From positions 119,073 through 183,072 of the forward strand of contig CAYQCC010000001.1 in assembly GCA_964415895.1 (NCBI GenBank): 64,000 nt of DNA. Direction: 5' to 3'. The notes under the pieces are model-generated. The model saw only the letters and a program-made list of their open reading frames with translations. It was not told the DNA's origin and searched no databases. The stretch is from an uncultured Candidatus Saccharibacteria bacterium. Lineage in GTDB: Bacteria > Patescibacteriota > Minisyncoccia > Phycocordibacterales > UBA1006. Below are positions 37,163 through 47,264 of this stretch, piece by piece. Numbering within the stretch: position 1 is the first letter of the stretch; every line of letters starts with the position of its first letter. Made by a program: the position numbers and the translations under genes.

Positions 37163-38413
37163 TCAAGCTCGTTTTGCCCTTGGAGCCCTGTACTCTGCGA
37201 TTAATCCTTTCATTGTTAGTGTCATTTCATCTTTTTGATGGTTTGCAAGAACACTTTGTAGTTCTTCATTATCTTGAGCTAGCTTTTTAATCGAAGAAAT
37301 TACTTCGCGATATTCGTTTGAAATCCCTGCATGATATTCATACGAGAAATCGGCAAGCAACTCGCATGCAATCAATACCTGCTTTAAGACAGTTAATTTT
37401 TGAGAACTATGTTTAAACTTTTCAACAACTTCTGCATTATCATTTCCTTTTACAAATTTTGCTATTTCACGAACATCTTTCACAGTAAAATTCAATATTA
37501 TCTTGGGTACTGAAAATTCTTGCATCATTTCACCTTGATCATTTGTAAAATACTTAATATTTAAATTATTTGTTTTTATATCGTCAAGCAAATCAAATAA
37601 TTTTTGTTTGTAGACTGGACTGTGGATACCTGTATAAGTAACGTCAATTCCAAGACCGAGAAAATTATCTTTTTCAGCGTCTTTTTTAAATTGCAGTACT
37701 CCATCAAAACCTCCAACAAAATCATCAAAACGCGACGTATACTGAACACTTATATTATTGCCATACCAATGAAGTTTTGAAACTGCGTATGCAAGCGCTC
37801 GTTCAATGATAGTTGCAATTTTCTTATTCTTTTCAGTATGCTCTATTTTATCACGTTCTTTAAACCTTCTTTCTAACTTAACAAGTAAATCAAAATCTTG
37901 ATCAACCTGCTTGCTGCCTCCACGAATAAGACCTGCTTCAGCAAATGCATTGTAATAGTCCTTATCTTCGACAGGTTTTTCTTGTTCCAGCGATAGTGCC
38001 ATTTCATGAACTATGTCGACGATATCCTCATCAAAAATATCCTTGATGAATTTCTTGTTTTCTTCTATTTGCTTATATACGTCTTCATCAGTGATAAGGG
38101 TATAACGATGCGGACGAAATGAAACAGTTTCGTCTTCTGGTTTTATAGAGTAAATTATTTCTTCTTCCACATGTTCACTAATAATTCCTTGTTTTTCAAG
38201 TTCGTCAAAAACCTGTTCTGCAGTAATATCAAAACGGAGTACTTTACTATTTGTTATAAAATCTTTAATTGAGTCTTTTGTTTGCAAGTTTTCAAAACAG
38301 GTCGGATTCTTTACAGCCCATGATTTGAATTTATCTGTAATCATTTCTGCCTTTGTTTCAAAGGTGTCTTGCTTTTCAGTACTATTAAGCTCAAACTTAA
38401 ACATCGTATTCAT
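37163..38413 (-). CDS. Acidic hypothetical protein (416 aa)
   Basis: Long ORF, no TM, no recognised motif. Confidence 0.45.
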   Translation of the reverse strand: MNTMFKFELNSTEKQDTFETKAEMITDKFKSWAVKNPTCFENLQTKDSIKDFITNSKVLRFDITAEQVFDELEKQGIISEHVEEEIIYSIKPEDETVSFRPHRYTLITDEDVYKQIEENKKFIKDIFDEDIVDIVHEMALSLEQEKPVEDKDYYNAFAEAGLIRGGSKQVDQDFDLLVKLERRFKERDKIEHTEKNKKIATIIERALAYAVSKLHWYGNNISVQYTSRFDDFVGGFDGVLQFKKDAEKDNFLGLGIDVTYTGIHSPVYKQKLFDLLDDIKTNNLNIKYFTNDQGEMMQEFSVPKIILNFTVKDVREIAKFVKGNDNAEVVEKFKHSSQKLTVLKQVLIACELLADFSYEYHAGISNEYREVISSIKKLAQDNEELQSVLANHQKDEMTLTMKGLIAEYRAPRAKRA

Positions 38414-38462
38414 ATATAAAAGTGTAACATAAAAAGCCTAAATAGGCTTTTTATGTATTTCT

Positions 38463-38699
38463 CTATTTTCCAGCCATGATTTTCTGTAATTCTGCCTGAT
38501 GCTCACGCATAACAGTCATCATTGCAGCCTGCTCTCCAACACCTTGTTTTTTCTTTGCTTCAACCTCGCTTTGGATTTTTTGGAAAAATGCTGGGTTTTT
38601 TTCAACCAATTCCAAAATCATATCCATTTGGTCGTCTGAAACGCCAGCTGCTTTCAATTTAGATCCAAGTAATTTTTTTAATACGAATTTTTTAAACAT
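38463..38699 (-). CDS. Small helical hypothetical protein (78 aa)
   Basis: ORF only. Confidence 0.35.
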   Translation of the reverse strand: MFKKFVLKKLLGSKLKAAGVSDDQMDMILELVEKNPAFFQKIQSEVEAKKKQGVGEQAAMMTVMREHQAELQKIMAGK

Positions 38700-38792
38700 A
38701 TATGACCATCATACCAAACTTTTCATTTTTTGCGAGACATTGACATTTCAACCAGAAATGATAATTTGAGTGCAATAAAAAAATAATACCTC

Positions 38793-39104
38793 ATGGAAGA
38801 AAAACAATTGTACCAACAGCTAAACACAAAGTATCCTACAGCGCTTCACAAAATCATGCTATATGCCCTGGTGCGTCGACTATTACAGACAGAGCACGGT
38901 AAAGATGTTCCATGGCAAACCACAGGTAACACGATAGCGAACAAGAACGGTAGAACGGTTCTAATTTTAGACACGTCTGAAAATGCATCTCTAACTATGG
39001 AATTCGGCAACCAAGTCAGCGTAGGCAGTGACGAAGCTTGGAAAAAATTAAAAGAATCAAACAGTATAGTTACTGACCTATTTCCTGAACACACAATGGA
39101 TTAG
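38793..39104 (+). CDS. Hypothetical protein (103 aa)
   Basis: ORF with TTGACA promoter-like upstream. Confidence 0.35.
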   Translation: MEEKQLYQQLNTKYPTALHKIMLYALVRRLLQTEHGKDVPWQTTGNTIANKNGRTVLILDTSENASLTMEFGNQVSVGSDEAWKKLKESNSIVTDLFPEHTMD

Positions 39105-39179
39105 GTAAACAAACTTTATGAGAATAAGATAGGAATTGACTTATGTTAATTGCCTATCTTTTTTGTTATACTGACCCAT

Positions 39180-39803
39180 ATGACTCGCGCTGAACAACTT
39201 CTCAAACTACATCAGAAATATAATACTAAATGTAAATGTGTATTAAAAGAAACAGCAACACAGCCTGTTTTTGGAGATGGAAATCCAGATTCTAAAATTG
39301 TTTTTATTGGTGAGGCACCAGGGAAAAAAGAAGACCAATCAGGTATTCCGTTTATTGGTGCAGCTGGAAAATTTTTAGCTGAAATGCTTGCAAGTATCGG
39401 AATGACTCGTCGCGCTTCAAGCGACACTGCGCGACATGATTTTGCTAAATCAGACATTTATATTACTAATATTGTAAAATATCGTCCACCAGAAAATCGA
39501 GACCCTACACCCCAAGAGAAAAAAGATTGCGCCGATTGGTTAAAAGCGGAACTTGAATTTATTAAACCAAAACTGATTGTGTTTTTAGGACGTCATTCTA
39601 TGAATCACTTTTTTCCAGAGCTGAAAATATCAGATGCACACGGAAAGTTTATTCACGCAGAACTATCAAACTTCCCTATTCAAAACTTCTTACCTTTGTA
39701 TCATCCAGCTGCAGCGCTTTATAATGGTGGACTGCGTGCAGAACTTTTAAAAGACTTTGCACAGATTCCAGGAATTATTAAGAAAATAAAAACACAAGAT
39801 TAA
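39180..39803 (+). CDS. Uracil-DNA glycosylase, family 4
   Basis: GEAPG...GIPFIG motif A and HPAA motif B; terminator 39790-39822. Confidence 0.8.
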   Translation: MTRAEQLLKLHQKYNTKCKCVLKETATQPVFGDGNPDSKIVFIGEAPGKKEDQSGIPFIGAAGKFLAEMLASIGMTRRASSDTARHDFAKSDIYITNIVKYRPPENRDPTPQEKKDCADWLKAELEFIKPKLIVFLGRHSMNHFFPELKISDAHGKFIHAELSNFPIQNFLPLYHPAAALYNGGLRAELLKDFAQIPGIIKKIKTQD

Positions 39804-39820
39804 ACTTGTGTTTTTATTTT

Positions 39821-41014
39821 CTATTTAAATGGATTCAATTTCCACACTTTTGAAAGCGGTAGAATCGATACAAAATATTTCAAGTCGATAATCTTTCGCA
39901 AGATTGATGAGACCTTTCCTGAAATAACAATGTCTCCAACCTGTGTAATTGACCAACCATGTCCGACACCAATATTGTATGCAACCTGTTTTGGAATATA
40001 AGCTCCGATACTACCATTTTCAAGTCGTGATTCAATAACAGATGCAACATATGAACCGTCATGGATTGCAGTTTGAGCAAGTCCAGCAAATTTTGTATCT
40101 GCAATATCTCCAAGCACAAAACATCCTGGATATTTCTCGACTTCTAAATGGTCGTTTAATGTAATTCGATTTTTCTTTTGCAAAACAATATCAGGAATTT
40201 TTGTAACAAGTTCGTTACCTGTTGCACCGGCTGTCCAAATTAATGTTTTTGCACCTAACGTCATGTCAGCAAGACTGATGGTCCATGAACCCTGTTTCAT
40301 CAACTGACGGTTACATAACACATTTACACCAAGAGATCGTAGTCGCTTTGAAGCCTTTTCTTGGACTGATTTTGGCATCATAGGAAGAACACCTGATGCG
40401 CCTTCGATCAAATCAATGGTTACTAATGACTCTACAAGCTTGTGTTTCTTGCACAAATATTTTGTATAATCAGCAAGTTCTCCGGCGAGATCGACTCCGT
40501 TTGGTCCAGCACCAACAACTACAAAATGAAGTCCAACCACACATTCTGGTGTAGGTTTTTCTGTAGAACAATGCTTTTCAAATAGTGCTTCAACATGAGT
40601 TCGAAGAGCTGTTGCATCATCAACATTTTGAAATGGAAACGCCATTGTATCCAATCCTTCAATATTAAAGAATGCAGACTGTGAACCAAGAGCAAGCACT
40701 ATATAATCACTGACTAATGTTGTTCCAGATTCAAGTGTTAGTGTCTTTGTCGCCAAATCGCACGCCGTAACTTTATCAATAACCAATGTCACGCGCTTAT
40801 CTTTAAAAATATCAGAAAGCGGAGTTTGAACATATGATAAGGGTCCTTTAATTGATAAGTAACTGTGCAGTGCTGGATAATATTGGAAATCACTGCGATC
40901 GGAAACTAAGGTAATTTCAAGTTCAGAAGTGATCGTATTTTTTGCAAGATCAAGCGCAGCTTGAATTCCGGCAAAACCGCCACCTATAATGCTGACTTTT
41001 TTTGGTTGTGTCAT
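39821..41014 (-). CDS. ndh: Type II NADH dehydrogenase (NDH-2)
   Basis: Two dinucleotide-binding GxGxxG motifs (IIGGGFAG, VVGAGPNG). Confidence 0.8.
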   Translation of the reverse strand: MTQPKKVSIIGGGFAGIQAALDLAKNTITSELEITLVSDRSDFQYYPALHSYLSIKGPLSYVQTPLSDIFKDKRVTLVIDKVTACDLATKTLTLESGTTLVSDYIVLALGSQSAFFNIEGLDTMAFPFQNVDDATALRTHVEALFEKHCSTEKPTPECVVGLHFVVVGAGPNGVDLAGELADYTKYLCKKHKLVESLVTIDLIEGASGVLPMMPKSVQEKASKRLRSLGVNVLCNRQLMKQGSWTISLADMTLGAKTLIWTAGATGNELVTKIPDIVLQKKNRITLNDHLEVEKYPGCFVLGDIADTKFAGLAQTAIHDGSYVASVIESRLENGSIGAYIPKQVAYNIGVGHGWSITQVGDIVISGKVSSILRKIIDLKYFVSILPLSKVWKLNPFK

Positions 41015-41043
41015 ATGCAGGAAATTATATCATAAAATATTAT

Positions 41044-41071
41044 TTCCAAAGAGTGTTGCCTGTGCTATAAT
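41044..41071 (+). promoter_or_regulatory. Promoter-like TTCCAA-16-TATAAT upstream of ECF sigma gene
   Basis: Seen directly. Confidence 0.4.
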
Positions 41072-41094
41072 TTTCACGACTTCGAATCAGCCGC

Positions 41095-41114
41095 CTTACT
41101 GCATATGCAGTAAG
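41095..41114. promoter_or_regulatory. Perfect 20-bp palindrome CTTACTGCAT|ATGCAGTAAG in ECF sigma leader
   Basis: Seen directly between the -10 element and start codon. Confidence 0.5.
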
Positions 41115-41141
41115 ATTTGTGTGTTTGATTCGTCTCTACTT

Positions 41142-41693
41142 ATGAACCGTTCCATGAACTACGAAAAAACCTTTATTGAGCTTTATAATCAATACTCTGA
41201 CGACTTGTTCCGTTTTTGCTTTGCGCGATTACGAGACCGCGACAAGGCACTTGACGCTACACAGGAAATATTTTATAAAATATGGAATGAGTCAGTGAAA
41301 AACCCTGGGAAACTAGAGGAAATTCAATATTTCAGAGCATTTATGTTTCGAATTGCTCGAAATACAGTTATTGATATGACGCGTAAAAAAACATCTACAC
41401 CACTTTCCTTTTTGGCACATCAATTTGATGGCGACAATCATTCGAATTTGGAACCTGTAGATATTGCGCATACTGGGCTCAATCCAGAACAACATCATGT
41501 TGTTTCAGAGGTTATCGAGAACTTGGAATTGCTCGATCCACATCATCGCGAGATACTTACATTTCGATTTTTGAACGATATGAGCATCAATGATATTGCA
41601 GAGATTTTAAATATTTCAGAGAATGCGACATCTGTTCGCATTCACCGAGCATTGGAACATGCTCGCACGAAACTCGCCTACTTGTATGAATAA
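41142..41693 (+). CDS. ECF-type RNA polymerase sigma-70 family factor
   Basis: Region 2 (FRFCFARL...IWNE) and region 4 HTH (MSINDIAEILNISENATSVRIHRA). Confidence 0.8.
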   Translation: MNRSMNYEKTFIELYNQYSDDLFRFCFARLRDRDKALDATQEIFYKIWNESVKNPGKLEEIQYFRAFMFRIARNTVIDMTRKKTSTPLSFLAHQFDGDNHSNLEPVDIAHTGLNPEQHHVVSEVIENLELLDPHHREILTFRFLNDMSINDIAEILNISENATSVRIHRALEHARTKLAYLYE

Positions 41694-42939
41694 TTTTAAC
41701 CTTAAACAACTTTTTGCACCGCTTGAAAACATTCGGATGACTCCGGCTGAAAAGGCCTCAGGTCGTTTGAAAGTTTCTGCGCACATGCATCGCAATCCAA
41801 TGGGATCGCGACCTTCTTTTGCATACTTCCGTCCTATTATGGCGGCAGCTCTTGCGATTGTACTTGTGATTGGAAGTGGTGGAATGGTAGCATTTGCTTC
41901 CCAGTCATCACTACCAGGACAAAAATTGTATAAGGTAAAACTTGCAACAGAACAAGCAAAGAAAATAACATTGCGAACATCAGCAGCAAAGGCAACTTAT
42001 GAACTTGCTCTGATTGATAAACGGTTCAACGAAACAAACAAACTGATTAGCGAGCAAAAACTTACTGCTTCAAACGAAGCCGTGGTCATTGCAGCTATCA
42101 AAACTCATACGGAGGACTTTAAAACTGAAACTGGTGATTTATCAACAAGTGACCCGATACTTGCCCTGTCGTATAACACGAAACTAAGTAACACGTTAAA
42201 AACAGGTACGCATATCTTACTCGCACTTTCTGATCGTCAATCACTATCAGCTGACCGCTCTGCGGATTCTGTATCACCAAACACGTTGGTACTTGCCGCT
42301 TATGCAAGCGCTGAAAAGATTTCAGCAGAAAAAGTACAATTAGAATCTATCGTCGTATCAGACACCAACATTGCAACTATTAAAACTGCCGAGACACGAT
42401 ACACAGATACTATTGCACTATTAACCGATAACAACATTACACCAGCCTCTGAAGTAATTGAGACACCTGTCGCACAACCTACAGCAGCAATTGTCGCAGT
42501 AGACACTAAAGCAACAGGTATTGAAGCAGTATCAGCGAAAGCAAGGATTGCTACAACAGTTGCTAAAAAGTCAGATGTTTCAACTAAAACAGAAGAAGTA
42601 GTATCAGTTGAAAAACCAATCTTGAAAACACAAAGCAATTCAAACGATATACAATCACTCGCAAATGATTTGAAGGCAGCATACGATTCAAAAAAATATG
42701 GCCAAGTCATCATTATCGCTGATCAAATCGAACAGCAATTGCATGAAAATCAAAAAATAAAGGAAGTGGAAAAAACTTATAATATCACTATTGATACGGA
42801 TACCTCGATTAAAAAAGACACCTCATCATCTAAAACAGAAGTTAAATCAGGAACGATCATCAATACAGATACATTAAAACCAATTCCAGAACTGCCAACA
42901 CAAACAACTACCTCAGTTGAAATAAAGAAAAGTAACTAA
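41687..42939 (+). CDS. Membrane protein, likely anti-sigma partner (single TM, S/T/A-rich extracytoplasmic domain)
   Basis: 7-nt overlap with sigma stop (ATGAATAA), TM helix IMAAALAIVLVIGSGGMVAF. Confidence 0.45.
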
Positions 42940-42992
42940 TGACTGCCGAAAGGCGGTTTTTAGTTTTTAAGAAAATATGTATACTAATATTC

Positions 42993-44459
42993 ATGAATCA
43001 CAGCATCGAAGAACTATTGGCATGTATGCAAGATGTGAGCACAGAAGACAAAGTATTGATTACCAAAGCTTTCGAATTCTCTAAACGTGCACACATTACT
43101 CAGCAAAGAAACAGTGGTGAGCCCTATTTCAACCACGTTTTTCATGTTGCCTGTATTCTTGCAAAGATGGACGCTGATGCGACAACTATTTGTGCAGGAT
43201 TAATGCACGATGTACTGGAAGATACCGACATTACAGAAGAAGAAATGACAGCGGAGTTTGGTGAGGAAATTGTATTTCTTGTTCAAGGCGTAACAAAACT
43301 TGGTCACTTAAAATATAAAGGCGTTGAACGTCATGCAGAATCATTGCGTAAGTTTTTCATCGCAAGTGCGCACGACATTCGCGTTGTCGTTATTAAACTT
43401 GCCGATAGATTACACAACATCCGCACGTTACAACATTTGCCTCACGAAAAACAACATCGTATTGCCGTTGAAACACTCGAGATCTACGCACGACTTGCAG
43501 ATCGACTAGGAATGGGTGGAATTAAATCTCAATTAGAAGACGGCGCATTTCCCTACGCATATCCAGAAGAATATCATCGCGTGTCAGAAATCTTGAAAGA
43601 TTTCACATCATATACCGAACCTCATCTTGCAAAAATTGCAGAAACATTACGAGAGGAATTAACAATTCTGGAAGCAAAAATTAATCGATTGGATTATCGC
43701 GTAAAGCACTTATACAGTTTATGGCAAAAACTAAAACGCGAAGATTACGACATTACAAAAGTCTACGATATTTTGGCGTTGCGTATCATTGTTCCTAACA
43801 TTGGAGATTGCTACCAAGCACTTGGAATTATTCACGGTTTCTACAAACCTGTTCCAGGGCGATTTAAGGACTATATTGCCCTACCAAAGCCTAACGGTTA
43901 CAGATCGCTCCACACGGCCATTTTTGACGGTACAGGCGAGATTATAGAGATACAGATACGAACAGAAGCAATGCACGAGGAAGCCGAATATGGAATTGCA
44001 TCACACCTACATTACAAAGAACTTGGAAAAGGTTTAGACAAGAAAGTAACACTTGCCAAAACAGATTGGACTCGCGAATTATTGGAAGCACAAAAGAACT
44101 TGGAAAATCCAGAGGATTTCATGAATCATTTGCAATTGGATTTCTTTGAAGAACGCGTATTCGTTTACACTCCAAAAGGTGACGTCATCGAATTACCAGA
44201 AGGCGCAACATGTATCGACTTTGCCTATGCTATCCATTCTGATATTGGAAACCAAGTAACTGGCGCAAAGATAAACGGAAAGATGGTTTCCATCGATACA
44301 GAATTATCACGTGGCGATATTGTACAAATTTTGCATAGTGAAAAACAACAACCAAACAGAAAATGGTTGGATATGTGCAAAACAACCTTTGCAAAAGGTC
44401 ACATACGACGCTACTTGAAAGATAACGGAACAGCAATTGACAAATTGCTGACACGATAA
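42993..44459 (+). CDS. rel: RelA/SpoT homologue, short bifunctional Rel (HD + synthetase + TGS, no ACT/RRM)
   Basis: HD motif HDVLEDT, synthetase domain YRSLHTAIF...EIQIRT, TGS VFVYTPKGDVIELPEGAT; terminator 44462-44487. Confidence 0.85.
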   Translation: MNHSIEELLACMQDVSTEDKVLITKAFEFSKRAHITQQRNSGEPYFNHVFHVACILAKMDADATTICAGLMHDVLEDTDITEEEMTAEFGEEIVFLVQGVTKLGHLKYKGVERHAESLRKFFIASAHDIRVVVIKLADRLHNIRTLQHLPHEKQHRIAVETLEIYARLADRLGMGGIKSQLEDGAFPYAYPEEYHRVSEILKDFTSYTEPHLAKIAETLREELTILEAKINRLDYRVKHLYSLWQKLKREDYDITKVYDILALRIIVPNIGDCYQALGIIHGFYKPVPGRFKDYIALPKPNGYRSLHTAIFDGTGEIIEIQIRTEAMHEEAEYGIASHLHYKELGKGLDKKVTLAKTDWTRELLEAQKNLENPEDFMNHLQLDFFEERVFVYTPKGDVIELPEGATCIDFAYAIHSDIGNQVTGAKINGKMVSIDTELSRGDIVQILHSEKQQPNRKWLDMCKTTFAKGHIRRYLKDNGTAIDKLLTR

Positions 44460-44495
44460 AAGCCGACGATTAAATCGTCGGCTTTTATGAGGTTT

Positions 44496-44690
44496 TTATG
44501 TGTTTTTTAATCTGTCTTCTAAGGCAAAGATTTTTATACCTAACACTCGAAACTTATCAACTTCTCCTGTTCTTAGAGCTTTTTTCTGATTGTTTTTTGT
44601 GTCCGTAAGCTTCTCTGCGACTTTAATTTTTGTTCTCGCCTCCTCGGGACTCGTGTCCGAAGAATTAATAAGAGTCGTTATATTTACCAT
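44496..44690 (-). CDS. Possible small protein (64 aa)
   Basis: ORF only. Confidence 0.2.
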   Translation of the reverse strand: MVNITTLINSSDTSPEEARTKIKVAEKLTDTKNNQKKALRTGEVDKFRVLGIKIFALEDRLKNT

Positions 44691-44738
44691 AGGTCTTAAT
44701 TTTTTAGTTAGTAATCACCCTACTCTTCAAACACTCTT

Positions 44739-44766
44739 TTGTCAACAAACTCTTACATGATATAAT
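44739..44766 (+). promoter_or_regulatory. TTGTCA-16-TATAAT promoter; start codon about 9 nt downstream (near-leaderless)
   Basis: Seen directly. Confidence 0.4.
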
Positions 44767-44775
44767 TAAGCACAT

Positions 44776-45135
44776 ATGATATTGTTACTTTTTATTCTTG
44801 CAATTCCAATCGCCTGTGTTTCCTGGACTGTCACCCACGAGGAAATCTTTCGTGAGCTACACGAGTATTGCGTCAAAAGATACAAGCAAGGAAAGACAGT
44901 TCTTGGTCGCAAGATCTGGTATCCATTTACTTGTGAATACTGTTTCAGTCACTATGTAACTATTCTGATGTTGATCATGACTAAATATTACCTATCCTTT
45001 CCTGATTGGCGTGGATATGTGATTGCAGGATTTTCATTAGTTTGGATTGCAAATTTGTATATGAGCCTCTTCCAAAACTTACGACTTCGAATAAAGCTCG
45101 AAGAATTGGAACGAGACGAAATGAAGGATAAATAA
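44776..45135 (+). CDS. Membrane hypothetical protein (119 aa, 3 TM)
   Basis: Hydrophobic segments; terminator 45137-45165. Confidence 0.45.
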   Translation: MILLLFILAIPIACVSWTVTHEEIFRELHEYCVKRYKQGKTVLGRKIWYPFTCEYCFSHYVTILMLIMTKYYLSFPDWRGYVIAGFSLVWIANLYMSLFQNLRLRIKLEELERDEMKDK

Positions 45136-45145
45136 AACACCAATG

Positions 45146-45565
45146 TCACGTTTGGTGTTTTTTAGTGGGAGCATTTTCCCATAAACTTTTTTTAGAGTCG
45201 TTTTCGGTTTCGAAAAGCCTATTTGTTTCTTCTTTATAAAAAATATAAGAATCTCTTAAATAAACGGCTCTGTTGATTGTGTAGATACCATACGCACCAT
45301 TGTCATGAATTAATATTACATGACAAAATGTTTCATACATATGGAATTTGAATTGATGAAGATATTTAAAATCCTGTATTGAAAATATAGTCATCTGACC
45401 TTCAAAAACTGGCGCATAAATTTCTTCCACTTCTTTCAAGCATGCTTTGATGTGCTTGTGCGCTTCGCGCGGATCATTAAATTTTTTGTTTTGTTTTTCT
45501 AAGTTAGCAATAAATAATTCGAGCCGTTTGGATTTTTCTTTAATTCTTTCTATTGTTTCTGCCAT
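45146..45565 (-). CDS. Hypothetical protein (139 aa)
   Basis: ORF only. Confidence 0.4.
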   Translation of the reverse strand: MAETIERIKEKSKRLELFIANLEKQNKKFNDPREAHKHIKACLKEVEEIYAPVFEGQMTIFSIQDFKYLHQFKFHMYETFCHVILIHDNGAYGIYTINRAVYLRDSYIFYKEETNRLFETENDSKKSLWENAPTKKHQT

Positions 45566-45679
45566 TGTACTGGGATTTAATTATGGGCAGAATACCATGT
45601 TATAACAGGAAGTCAATGACGAAAAAACACCTTTCAGTGTTTTTTCTAATTACACAGGGAAAATGAGTTCTAGTATGGA

Positions 45680-46051
45680 TTAATAGTCCTCATTCTCGTC
45701 TTGTTCCTCCATGCCATAATCGTAATCTTCTTGCTGTTGCAAGTATTCCTCACATCCTTCAATAAAGGAATCTGAGTTCCCTCCGCAACTATCCACATCA
45801 TTTTCCTCTGCCCATTCGTATCCTGCGGAATGCCCTGAACCATCATCATATGGATTTTCTGGTTCAGGAATATAATCTTCTTCATCATTATTATAATTCG
45901 AATAATTGTTTGATGAATATCCACTGTAATTAGATTGTGGTGTGTAGTGATATGAAGAATCTGGTTTTTCGGTATTGTCTTCACTAAAAAGACTAACGCC
46001 ACCCCAAATAATTCCTCCGATTATTAAGATCCCGGCGAAAAAAACTTGCAT
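45680..46051 (-). CDS. TM-anchored acidic Tyr/Asn/Asp-rich low-complexity protein (123 aa)
   Basis: N-terminal TM helix then YSGYSSNNYSNYNNDEEDY... ; frame preferred over overlapping 45670..46002. Confidence 0.45.
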   Translation of the reverse strand: MQVFFAGILIIGGIIWGGVSLFSEDNTEKPDSSYHYTPQSNYSGYSSNNYSNYNNDEEDYIPEPENPYDDGSGHSAGYEWAEENDVDSCGGNSDSFIEGCEEYLQQQEDYDYGMEEQDENEDY

Positions 46052-46054
46052 AGC

Positions 46055-46285
46055 TTAATAGCTCTTATATCCTTTCTTTCCCGTATATGGATTATAATTT
46101 CCTCTTGAAGAATAGTTATCTGACTTTCTTGAATTAGAAGTTGATCGATAGTGTGGTGCTACATATGTACCACGCTTTGTTGTGTAGCCATGAACGCGGG
46201 TTGCAGCGTCAGCGTGGCTCACATTAAAGCCCAGAAATCCAAACAATGATATGCCTAGTACTGCTGCAGTGATTATTTTTTTCAT
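46055..46285 (-). CDS. Small secreted Tyr/Lys/Arg-rich peptide (76 aa)
   Basis: Signal peptide MKKIITAAVLGISLFGFLGFNVSHADA then HGYTTKRGTYVAPHYRS... Confidence 0.45.
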   Translation of the reverse strand: MKKIITAAVLGISLFGFLGFNVSHADAATRVHGYTTKRGTYVAPHYRSTSNSRKSDNYSSRGNYNPYTGKKGYKSY

Positions 46286-46491
46286 GTGTTAAATGCTTAT
46301 ACTTTGCTAATAAACCAAATAGTACTCTTTCTATATATAATTGCAATGAATACATATTTTAATTTTCGAAGAAAAATCCGCCTTTTTAGGTGCGGATTCT
46401 GCAGTAGTGGAATTGGGTAAATGAAGTTATAACCGAATTAAGAAACCAGACTTATTGTAACTCTTAATAAAACACGTATACTATACTCATT

Positions 46492-46992
46492 ATGCACTTA
46501 TTAGAAACTTTCAATGAAGAAAATGTACCTTCTGAAGAACTAATCTCATTTAGAGTCCGTATTTCTGTGCGAGCAATTATATTGGACGAGAATGGTAATG
46601 TCGCTATGTTGTATTCGAAAGCTTTGAATTATTACACCTTGCCCGGTGGCGGCGTTGATGAAGGTGAGAATCTTACTGATGCAATAATCCGTGAGTGTAA
46701 AGAAGAAACAGGATATACAGTTGACGTTATTCGAGAAATCGGAACAACACAGGAAATACAAAATGAAAACCAATTGGTAAATAACGCAACTTGTTTCCTT
46801 GTGAAAACTATTGGAGAAAAGGACGAACCGAATTTTATGGAAGATGAAATTGGTGAAGACTTTGTTATTGAATGGATGAAACCTGAGGAGGCTAAAAACT
46901 GCATGATGAAAGAAATTTCTTTGAATAGAAAATTATATCACAAGTATATTTCACAACGCATATTAACATTCCTTGACGAAGCATTTAAATAG
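46492..46992 (+). CDS. NUDIX hydrolase
   Basis: NUDIX box GGGVDEGENLTDAIIRECKEETGY; terminator 47010-47040. Confidence 0.75.
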   Translation: MHLLETFNEENVPSEELISFRVRISVRAIILDENGNVAMLYSKALNYYTLPGGGVDEGENLTDAIIRECKEETGYTVDVIREIGTTQEIQNENQLVNNATCFLVKTIGEKDEPNFMEDEIGEDFVIEWMKPEEAKNCMMKEISLNRKLYHKYISQRILTFLDEAFK

Positions 46993-47264
46993 ATATTATA
47001 CAAACAAAAAACACCCAGAAAGGTGTTTTTTGTTTGTGGACCTCCCAGGATTTTCAATGAACTCGATTATGCAGGAATTGAGGGAATACCTTAAATTACA
47101 ACACTATCAAGGAGAATCGAATCTATTGCCTAGAAGTTATTAGATTAATAAATTTATCGTCACTATCGTCATTACACCCCCCCCCGGGGTGGGGGTATAA
47201 GGCATGACAAGCTTTTCTAAAATACGGTCTATAGTGCGAGTTTATTGCGTGCAAAAAAAATATA

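Noticed and set aside
45670-46002. 110-aa minus ORF overlapping 45680..46051 in another frame
   Set aside because: The alternative frame gives a TM helix plus coherent low-complexity acidic domain; this frame is His/Met/Ile-rich junk
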